Assembly: GCA_963753435.1 (NCBI GenBank)
Contig: CAVWCF010000001.1
Location: forward strand, 864,001-928,000
Source: an uncultured Actinomycetota bacterium
GTDB taxonomy: Bacteria; Actinomycetota; Actinomycetes; CAVWCF01
Length of the DNA: 64,000 nucleotides
Reading direction: 5' to 3'
Shown: piece by piece, positions 20,998 through 28,314 of the stretch
How the letters are laid out: each line of letters begins with the position of its first letter
How positions within the stretch are numbered: position 1 is the first letter of the stretch
Made by a program: the position numbers and the translations under genes
The notes under the pieces: model-generated
The model's database searches: none
The model's input: only the letters and a program-made list of their open reading frames with translations
What the model was told of the DNA's origin: nothing

Positions 20998-22101
20998 TCA
21001 GGCGACCAATCCCAGCCGCCGCAGTTCCACGGTGAGGTCGTGCGGGCTGGTCGAGGCCTGCATGGCCGAGTCCAGGCTGATCACACCGTCGCGTAGCAGC
21101 GCCACCAGGTGCTGGTCGAAAGTCTGCATTCCGTAGAAGGCGCCCTCGGTGATCAGCTGCGGCAACGTAGACGTCTTATCCGGCTCGGCGATTGCCTCCG
21201 CCACACGCCCGGTGTTGATGCAAACCTCCATCGCGACGCAGCGCCCGTAGCCGTCGCTGCGCTGCACCAGACGCTGGCAGATGATGCCGCGCAGGCTGCT
21301 CGCCAGCGACAGCCGCACCTGCTTCTGCTCGTGCGGCGGGAAGAAGTCGATGATGCGGTTGATCGTCTCCGACGCGTCGGTGGTGTGCAGCGTCGACATG
21401 ACGAAGTGCCCGGTCTCGGCAGCCGCGAGGGCCGCCTTCACGGTCTCCATGTCACGCATCTCACCGACGAGGATGACGTCCGGGTCCTGGCGCATCGCGG
21501 CACGCAACGCAGTTGCGAAGTCCCCAGTGTCGACCCGCACCTCACGCTGGTTGATCATCGCCAGCTTGTCGTAGTGCAGGATCTCGATCGGGTCCTCGAT
21601 CGTGACTACGTGCACCTCTCGGTTCTCGTTGACGTGGTCGATCATCCCGGCCAGCGTCGTGGTCTTTCCCGAACCGGTCGGGCCGGTGACCAGGACAAGT
21701 CCGCGCGGCTCCATCGAGAGCGCGCTGAGCACCGGGGGCAGACCCAGATCGGTCAACGGGATGGCCCCGACGCTGACGCGCCGGAACACGATGCCGGCCG
21801 ATCCACGGGAGCGGAACACGTTGACGCGGAAGCGGCCCACGCCCGGCAACGAGAAGGCGAAGTCGGCTTCGTTGGTCTTGAGGAAGGTCTCGATCAGGTC
21901 CTCGCGCAGAACCTCTTCGACGAAGCGCTCGGTGTCCGCCGGGGTCAGCGGGTCGGCCTGCAACTTGCGCAGTCGCCCGTCAATGCGTACCCGCGGCGGT
22001 GACCCGACCTTGCAGTGCAGGTCGGATCCGCCGCTCTCGTTGAGAGCACGCAGGTAGGGCGCAATCGTCGGCTCGGCGGCCGCGCTCAGGTCGTCCGTCA
22101 C
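20998..22101 (-). CDS. pilT: Type IV pilus retraction ATPase, PilT/PilU family
   Basis: SDLH, GRFRVNVF, GPTGSGKTTT, TIEDPIE, RQDPDVILVGEMRD, TGH...STLHT, GMQTFDQ. Confidence 0.92.
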   Translation of the reverse strand: MTDDLSAAAEPTIAPYLRALNESGGSDLHCKVGSPPRVRIDGRLRKLQADPLTPADTERFVEEVLREDLIETFLKTNEADFAFSLPGVGRFRVNVFRSRGSAGIVFRRVSVGAIPLTDLGLPPVLSALSMEPRGLVLVTGPTGSGKTTTLAGMIDHVNENREVHVVTIEDPIEILHYDKLAMINQREVRVDTGDFATALRAAMRQDPDVILVGEMRDMETVKAALAAAETGHFVMSTLHTTDASETINRIIDFFPPHEQKQVRLSLASSLRGIICQRLVQRSDGYGRCVAMEVCINTGRVAEAIAEPDKTSTLPQLITEGAFYGMQTFDQHLVALLRDGVISLDSAMQASTSPHDLTVELRRLGLVA

Positions 22102-22150
22102 AATCTGCTCATCGGCCGCCCGGGGCGGCGACTGAAGGCCTGAACCTCAA

Positions 22151-22369
22151 CTAGGGACCTAGGACCACCAACAGGTCGCCTTCCTGCACGACATCGCCCT
22201 CGTTCACAGCCACCTCGACCACCGTGCCACCGACCTCGGCCAGGACCGGGATCTCCATCTTCATCGACTCGAGGATGACGACCATGCCGCCAATGGGCAC
22301 AACGTCACCGGCCCCGACGACGACCCGTGCGACATTCGCGACCATCTCCGCCCGGAGTTCTTCAGCCAT
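22151..22369 (-). CDS. Biotin/lipoyl-binding carrier protein (TB7.3/Rv3221c-like)
   Basis: MAEELRAEMVANV...LESMKMEIPV biotinylation motif; SD GGGAGGA. Confidence 0.92.
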   Translation of the reverse strand: MAEELRAEMVANVARVVVGAGDVVPIGGMVVILESMKMEIPVLAEVGGTVVEVAVNEGDVVQEGDLLVVLGP

Positions 22370-22421
22370 GCGTCCTCCCGTCGAATGCGCCGGGCCCCGT
22401 TCCGGAGCCGGTGACGGGAGC

Positions 22422-23687
22422 CTAGTGAGAGCCGCTACGGCGCCGGTCCAGCACGCGGCCGAGAGTTCGCACCACGGCTGGGTCGTAGTCGAAGGCCATG
22501 CCCAGCCGTAGGGCTTCCAGGGCCTCCGCTTGCCGGGACTGCTCGTTGCTGTCACCGACGGCATCGTCGTATGCGTTCACGACCCGCACGATCCGGCTGG
22601 CGATGCTCAGGTGCGGATCGTCGGCCTCGTGTGGCCGGCGGTAAGGATCGGATTGGCGCTCGACGATGTCCGCCACTCGGTCCAGGACCTTCGTCTGGCG
22701 GATGACCTCGGCACCATCGCGAGCGATCGCCGCCTGCACGTCCGCGGACTTCCACGACGTGGCCCCGCCGTCGATCGGCTCATCGAGGGACAGCTGGCCG
22801 ATGTCGTGCAGCAGCGCGGCGTACTCCAGGTCCCGCAACTGTGCGTCCGAAAGGCCCATCTCGGTGCCCACCGCTACGGCCAGGTCAGCGACGCGATGCA
22901 GGTGTCCCGTCTCGGTGTATCCGCCCAACTCCGTAACTCGGGATAGCGACCGGATGGTCTGCAGGTAGGTCATTCGGATCGTGGCGAACCGGCGGAAGGA
23001 GAACTGCGCCAGTAGCAGCGGCGCCCCGAACACGGGCACGGCCCACAGCCCGGTCACCGGGGCAGCCAACGCCATGAGAACGCCGGTGATGCCAATGGCA
23101 ACACCCAACGCGCCGGTGGCGCGCAACTCCTCGACCACGGCCCGGGCGAACGGTGCGTGCGCGCGCTCGGCACGAACCGCGGCGGACAGCAGCGCGTCCA
23201 GTCCGCCGCCGATGGCAACGACCGTGGCCATGATCAGTGCTTTGGCCAGGGGTCCCGACGTAGCCAGCAGATCCTGGACCGAGTCGGAGCGGAACCAGAA
23301 GGCGACCGTCGCGATGACCACGAGGCGGCGCGCCAGCCCGTCGGCATCCGGGGCGCGGCCGGTGACGATGTGCGGCAGGACCCCGAGTGCGGTCGCGCCC
23401 GCGGCGACGGCGACCACCTGCCACGCACCATGGGTCGCCGGTGTGCCCGAAACCGACTCGGTCAATGCGTAGCCGAGTGCCGCAGCGGTCCCAAGTGGTG
23501 CGGCCTCTCGGCCATTGGGCAACCAGATTCGAATGACTTCGCCGACCAGAATCACCGCGCCGAACGCGATCGCGACGCGGGGCTGCACCAGACCGCCGGC
23601 CTCGAAGACCACGACGAAGGCAGCGATTGCCAGCGAACCGGCCAGGAGAATCACCAGCGCGGCAAGGCGCGTGGGTCCGCTGATCAT
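22422..23687 (-). CDS. Membrane-bound HD-domain protein with degenerate HD-GYP
   Basis: About 7-8 TM N-terminus; GH..RV and LLHDIG are present, but HHE and GYP are absent. Confidence 0.85.
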   Translation of the reverse strand: MISGPTRLAALVILLAGSLAIAAFVVVFEAGGLVQPRVAIAFGAVILVGEVIRIWLPNGREAAPLGTAAALGYALTESVSGTPATHGAWQVVAVAAGATALGVLPHIVTGRAPDADGLARRLVVIATVAFWFRSDSVQDLLATSGPLAKALIMATVVAIGGGLDALLSAAVRAERAHAPFARAVVEELRATGALGVAIGITGVLMALAAPVTGLWAVPVFGAPLLLAQFSFRRFATIRMTYLQTIRSLSRVTELGGYTETGHLHRVADLAVAVGTEMGLSDAQLRDLEYAALLHDIGQLSLDEPIDGGATSWKSADVQAAIARDGAEVIRQTKVLDRVADIVERQSDPYRRPHEADDPHLSIASRIVRVVNAYDDAVGDSNEQSRQAEALEALRLGMAFDYDPAVVRTLGRVLDRRRSGSH

Positions 23688-25033
23688 GAGCGACCCACCG
23701 CCACCGTCGGATCGTCGTGGTCGAGCCCGCCGGCGGCCGCCCTGGGTGCAGGTTGTCCGGTCCGCTCGGTCCAAGGTTCGCGCTCCAGGGCCAGCAGCAT
23801 GGCTTCGACCATGCGCGGGTCGAACTGGGAGCCGGAGCACCGACGAATCTCTTCCAGCGCTTCCTCGACGGATCGGGCGCCACGGTAGGACCGGGTCGAT
23901 GTCATCGAGTCAAATGCGTCCGCAACCGCGATGATCCGGGCGAACTCAGGGATGTCTTCGCCCCGCAGGCCCATCGGGTAGCCGCGGCCATCAAGCCGTT
24001 CGTGGTGATGCAGTACGCCGGACAGTGCCTCACCCAGGAACTCCAGGTCCGCGACCAGGTCCCGTCCCCGCACCGGGTGCAGCGTGATCGCGGCGAACTC
24101 CTCGTCCGTCAGCCGCCCGGTCTTCTGCAGGATCCGGGTGGGGACACCCAACTTGCCGACGTCGTGCAGGATCCCGGCGTAACGCAGCGCATCCAGCCGT
24201 GGACCGACCAGGCCGAGAACGCGGCCGATCATTACCGACCCTTTGGCGACGCGTTCGGAATGGCCCCGGGTGTATTCGTCCTTGGTCTCAACTGCGCGGA
24301 TCAGCGTTCGGATGGTGGCCTCGTAGGCCTCGCGTTCCCGGGCGTACTGGCCGATGGCCCACCGCGCGATCATCAGCGGCGCCAGCACGAGGACCACCGA
24401 GGTGGCGCCAATCCCGGACCCGAGCCAGAGCGCGGCGATCATCAATCCGAACACCGAGTATCCGAACATCGCCGGAGTCGTCTGTAGGAGATAGCCCCGT
24501 AGCAGGTCCCCAACGCGTGCACCTTGGGCAGCGGACAGAATCCCGATGAGCAGCAGGCTGGTCACCAGGCAGTAGACCGCGTTGGCAACGGCGAACGGCA
24601 CCAGGACGGATGGGAAGTCACCGGGTTCGAGCGATCCAACAGGCCCACCGAGCCACACGTATGCCCAGCCGGCCGCAAAAGCGCTCAGCGTCCAGTTGGC
24701 CGCGTTGAAGGCGCGCTTGAGGTTCAGACCGTGCCGCTCGGACGGTTCGTGACCCCGGACGAAGAGCCCCATGGCGCCCACCAGTGCCGCTGCGCCGGGG
24801 CCGTCAACCATGAACGCCGCACTCGCGACCGGAAGGGTCATCGTCGTGAATGTTCCCGACGAGGCCACCGATGTCGCGCGGAAACCCACCCGCTCCAGCA
24901 CCAGTACCAGCGCCAGGAGGAGGCCGGTGCCCTGCCAGTCTTCAACGAGAGTGAAGCTGACACCCACGGCGAGCAGCCCAAGACCAACGACAGCGCCCGC
25001 ATACATGCGGGCACGCATCGGCAGGTCGCGCAT
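23684..25033 (-). CDS. Membrane-bound HD-GYP c-di-GMP phosphodiesterase (MASE9-like N-terminus)
   Basis: TM domain with GP and KRAFNAAN; KDEYTRGHSERV, LHDVGK, HHHERLDGRGYP, ADAFDSMTSTRSYR. Confidence 0.93.
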   Translation of the reverse strand: MRDLPMRARMYAGAVVGLGLLAVGVSFTLVEDWQGTGLLLALVLVLERVGFRATSVASSGTFTTMTLPVASAAFMVDGPGAAALVGAMGLFVRGHEPSERHGLNLKRAFNAANWTLSAFAAGWAYVWLGGPVGSLEPGDFPSVLVPFAVANAVYCLVTSLLLIGILSAAQGARVGDLLRGYLLQTTPAMFGYSVFGLMIAALWLGSGIGATSVVLVLAPLMIARWAIGQYAREREAYEATIRTLIRAVETKDEYTRGHSERVAKGSVMIGRVLGLVGPRLDALRYAGILHDVGKLGVPTRILQKTGRLTDEEFAAITLHPVRGRDLVADLEFLGEALSGVLHHHERLDGRGYPMGLRGEDIPEFARIIAVADAFDSMTSTRSYRGARSVEEALEEIRRCSGSQFDPRMVEAMLLALEREPWTERTGQPAPRAAAGGLDHDDPTVAVGRS

Positions 25034-25093
25034 GCGCCCTCCACTGGGGAAGTTAGAGAGGGAACCGGGGACCGGCGGCGACACAAGTCACGG

Positions 25094-25153
25094 TCAGTGC
25101 CAGCCGTGGCCGTTGGTCATTAGAAAGCGCTCCAGCATGGACGAAATCGTCAT
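25094..25153 (-). CDS. Putative 19-aa peptide MTISSMLERFLMTNGHGWH
   Basis: Read by hand: ATG 25153 to TGA 25094. SD-like GGGGTGAT about 6 nt upstream; ends 60 nt before the HD-GYP ATG. Confidence 0.65.
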   Translation of the reverse strand: MTISSMLERFLMTNGHGWH

Positions 25154-25583
25154 GAGCGCATCACCCCAAGTCAGAAGTCATGGGAGTCCGCTACTACCCA
25201 TGCGCGATCCGCTCCGCTCGGTGATCGCCCGTCGGACGGGCTGTCGCCACAAGTGCGACAAGCGTGCCGCCGCCGGTCCCCGGTTCACTCTCTGCAGTTG
25301 TCGGGCGGGCACAGATGTGCCCAGGGCTGCCCCGCTGGCGGTGAGGCCCCCCTGCCGTGTCTTGTGTGACACAGGCGACAGAAGTGAATCGTGTGAATGG
25401 TGAGGGGTCAAGGGGGCAGGCACCTAGGACAGGTATCGAGTCGGTCACGGCCAGCCTCAGTCACCCATTCGGGCGAACCACGACACCCGCTAGCGGGATG
25501 CCGGTTTCGGAGGGTCGGCGATGGCTACGCTTGCCCCACACGGCCCGAACGGGGAATCGAGGGTCGTTGCCAACGGAGGAGCG

Positions 25584-25952
25584 ATGAGCAGCCGCGAACG
25601 GGCGCTCGGCGACGTGGTCGCCGGGTTGCTGGACGCGCGCCTGGACCCGGCCACCGACCGCTTCGACGCCGAGTTGGCGGCCGCCGAAGCCGATGGGCGG
25701 ATCGACGCCCAGACCGCCCGGTTGCTGCGCTGGTGGCAGCGTGAGTCGCTGCGCGGCCTCGTGGACCATGCGCGCCGCACCATTCCGGCCACGATCGTTG
25801 CCTTGGATCAGGCCAACACCGCAGCGCGCACCGGCAACGAAGAGTCGGCTGCAGCGTGGGCGCGGGCCGAGGAGCCCAGCCGCGCGCGGACGATAGACCT
25901 GGACCAACGCCGGCAGGCGTTCGTAGCCGGACTTACTGAGGCGGACGCATGA
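25584..25952 (+). CDS. Hypothetical protein
   Basis: SD GGAGGA before the ATG; ATGA-coupled to the next gene; LRWWQRES motif; family not recognised. Confidence 0.75.
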   Translation: MSSRERALGDVVAGLLDARLDPATDRFDAELAAAEADGRIDAQTARLLRWWQRESLRGLVDHARRTIPATIVALDQANTAARTGNEESAAAWARAEEPSRARTIDLDQRRQAFVAGLTEADA

Positions 25953-26620
25953 CGACCCTGCGATTGCTCCCCGAGTTGGAGCAGGACCTGCAACGAGTGC
26001 CCGGCGTTCAAGCTGCCAGCGTCGTGACGGGCCCGGATGCGGTGCCCGTGGAGATCCACGTCCTGGCGGCGCCGACCAGAGCCGCCAAGCAGATAGTGCG
26101 CGACATTCAGTCCTTGGCCCAGGCTCAACACGGCCTGGCTATTGACCACCGGATCGTCTCCGTCGTGCAACTGGACGTGGACGACAGCCCAGCGCCGGCA
26201 CCGGAGACGCCCAAGAACGGCCACCACAGCCTCGAACAGCAGGCGCCGCCGCGTCCGGCCATCGCATCGATCATGGTCCGCTCAGCCGGCCCGGAGGCCG
26301 AGGCGGTGGTCGTCCTCGCCGCTTCGGGCCTCACCTTTGAGGGACGAGCCACCGGGGCTTCCGGCCTGGGGCACCGATCCCGGCTGGTGGCCAGGGCGAC
26401 CCTGGACGCCCTGGGCGAACTACTGGGTCACTCCGTCGAAGTGGACAGTGCGGACATCGTCGATGCCGGTCCGCATCGGGTCGCGGTCACGGTGCTGACC
26501 ATCCTTGCCGCCCGCTCGGGGGAACAACTCGTTTCGGGATCGGCGGTGGTTCGCTCTGATGAGGCGGACGCGATCGCCCGCAGCGTCCTGGATGCCCTGA
26601 ACCGCCGCTTGGCCGACTAG
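25949..26620 (+). CDS. Conserved hypothetical two-domain protein
   Basis: EIHVLA...KQIVRDIQS...IDHRIVSVVQ, a Pro-rich linker, and a C-terminal alpha/beta domain ending ARSVLDALNRR; SD GAGG. Confidence 0.85.
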   Translation: MTTLRLLPELEQDLQRVPGVQAASVVTGPDAVPVEIHVLAAPTRAAKQIVRDIQSLAQAQHGLAIDHRIVSVVQLDVDDSPAPAPETPKNGHHSLEQQAPPRPAIASIMVRSAGPEAEAVVVLAASGLTFEGRATGASGLGHRSRLVARATLDALGELLGHSVEVDSADIVDAGPHRVAVTVLTILAARSGEQLVSGSAVVRSDEADAIARSVLDALNRRLAD

Positions 26621-26874
26621 TCGTCAGCCAAGCTCGGGTCCGTCAGCACCGGCCGGATGGCCTTCAATCCCCGACCGAGGAACGCTGACGGCGTGTTGTC
26701 TCTAATCACCTGAACCATCATCGCCTCGGTGATCGGCGTGTCCTCGCCGTACTTGTCCATGAGGATGCTGTTCAGCCCGTCGCGGGTGTTCCGGCGAAAC
26801 GGGAAGGGAGTAGCGCTGATGCTCTTGTCGTACACGGCCTTGGCATTCTCGGCCCACTTGAAATCCGGCATCAC
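26617..26874 (-). CDS. Small helical protein, PCP_red/DUF2621-like
   Basis: SD AAGGGAGG; pattern W..NAK......P.PFR......ITE.......TP. Family resemblance judged by eye. Confidence 0.7.
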   Translation of the reverse strand: MMPDFKWAENAKAVYDKSISATPFPFRRNTRDGLNSILMDKYGEDTPITEAMMVQVIRDNTPSAFLGRGLKAIRPVLTDPSLADD

Positions 26875-26952
26875 GGCCTCCCCTTCGCGCTGACTGTAGA
26901 AGCGCCCCGCGCCGGATCAAAGCACGGGGTCGCCATGGTGTGTTCGTGTTGC

Positions 26953-27729
26953 CTACGCCGCAAGCGTCACTTCCCGGCGGCTGGGGGGAAGGTTGAGCAG
27001 CCGGCGCCAGAGGAGCGCACCGAGCAGAACCGATACGAACACAACTAGCGCAAGCACCAACAGCGGCACGCTGCTGCCCTGCGCGCCGTTGCTGATCGCC
27101 CACACCAGGAACCAGAGGCCACTGGATGCGGAGATGGTGGTGAATCCGTGCAGCACCTGGGCACGAGTGCGCAGTAGCGCCGCAAAGAAGTACATCGTGG
27201 CCCCGGTGATGAGCAACTGCAGGAAGATCACCGGATCGCCGAAAGAGTTGAAGGCCAAGACGATCGCAGCCAGGTTGACCACCGACAGCGGTACGAAGTA
27301 CGGACCCTGGCGCAGGTAGAAGACGGGCAGCGCCACAACCGCCGCGACGGAGACGGCTACCACCCAAAGCTGGTCGCCGCCAATGGCCAGCGCGATGCAG
27401 GCTTGGCCGGCGGTAATCAGCCAGTAGAAGAGGAAATCGGCGAAGCCGTAGCCGTTGGTGCTGGCCGTCTCCTCAGTCAGGTACCAGTTGTCCATCGTGT
27501 TCTGGGCGGCCTCGAACGCCCCGCCGGCCGAGAGCAGGCAGGCGGCGGCGAAGAACAGGAAGGGGTTGTACGTCACTTCCTGCAGATAGGCCCAGTTCCA
27601 CGAGACGGCGGCGACGATGGCCAGGGGGACCAGCAACGCGTAGGCGTGCGCAAGCAACACCCACACGGCTTCACCGCCGCGGATGTGGACATCAGCCCAG
27701 ATCCGCTTTGTCGGTGTCATCGTCGCCAC
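26953..27729 (-). CDS. Hypothetical multi-pass membrane protein
   Basis: About 7-8 hydrophobic helices; SD AAAGG; co-oriented in an apparent three-gene operon. Confidence 0.8.
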   Translation of the reverse strand: MATMTPTKRIWADVHIRGGEAVWVLLAHAYALLVPLAIVAAVSWNWAYLQEVTYNPFLFFAAACLLSAGGAFEAAQNTMDNWYLTEETASTNGYGFADFLFYWLITAGQACIALAIGGDQLWVVAVSVAAVVALPVFYLRQGPYFVPLSVVNLAAIVLAFNSFGDPVIFLQLLITGATMYFFAALLRTRAQVLHGFTTISASSGLWFLVWAISNGAQGSSVPLLVLALVVFVSVLLGALLWRRLLNLPPSRREVTLAA

Positions 27730-27738
27730 CGCCTTTCG

Positions 27739-28041
27739 TCACTTCTCGCGATTTACCGTTTCCGCTGCCTGCTTCAGCGCGTCGGCGACCACGGCCGTTT
27801 CGGCCCCGATCGCATCGGCGATCTGCGTCGCGATGGACTCCACGGTGCCGTGGATGCCCTGGACAACGGCCTTGCTCGTGTCCCGCGCCGCCCCAGTCGC
27901 TTCGTCAGAAACGCCCATGCTCGACAGGACCGTCAACGGGATCTCCGCAGCAGCAAGGGTCGTGTTCTCGATCGCATCCCCGAAGTTGCGGAACGCGAGG
28001 AGGAAGAACCGGTCTTCACCGCTCTGCTTGGCCTGTGCCAT
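27739..28041 (-). CDS. Hypothetical amphipathic helical protein
   Basis: SD AGGAGGTG before ATG 28041; gapless similarity to 30399..30770. Confidence 0.8.
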   Translation of the reverse strand: MAQAKQSGEDRFFLLAFRNFGDAIENTTLAAAEIPLTVLSSMGVSDEATGAARDTSKAVVQGIHGTVESIATQIADAIGAETAVVADALKQAAETVNREK

Positions 28042-28089
28042 CTCGCACCTCCTGATCGTTCCGGGCGATCCGCTTGATCGACCGGGTCT

Positions 28090-28118
28090 TGTATACCGTC
28101 GCAGTGAACGCATGTCCA
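28090..28118 (-). promoter_or_regulatory. Putative sigma70-type promoter of the leftward island operon
   Basis: Minus strand TGGACA (28118-28113)-N17-TATACA (28095-28090). Confidence 0.55.
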
Positions 28119-28143
28119 CCATTTCAGCCTACGAACGTTCACT
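28103..28143. promoter_or_regulatory. Two 18-bp FabR/DesT-like operators
   Basis: AGTGAACGCATGTCCACC (28103-28120) and AGCCTACGAACGTTCACT (28126-28143). The outer arms CAGTGAACG/CGTTCACTG form a perfect 9-bp inverted repeat. Confidence 0.65.
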
Positions 28144-28314
28144 GAGTGTTCCTGCCCCGATGCTGGCCCCCGAGCACGGACCGCGGCACCGCCTTTGGTC
28201 CCGGGAGTGCGATGCCGGAGGACCCTTTGGTCCCGGCGACTTGTCGGTAAGGCTGACCCTGAGCCCGACGTCGGATTACCCTCGGCGCCCGGGTCAGCCA
28301 GGGGAGGCACAAGG

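Noticed and set aside
25154-25583. Possible c-di-GMP riboswitch upstream of the HD-GYP genes
   Set aside because: I could not find the class I or class II consensus elements by eye on either strand.
26953-27729. Membrane protein as a rhodopsin or heliorhodopsin
   Set aside because: No retinal-binding Lys in the last helices and no RYxDW or RWxEY motif.
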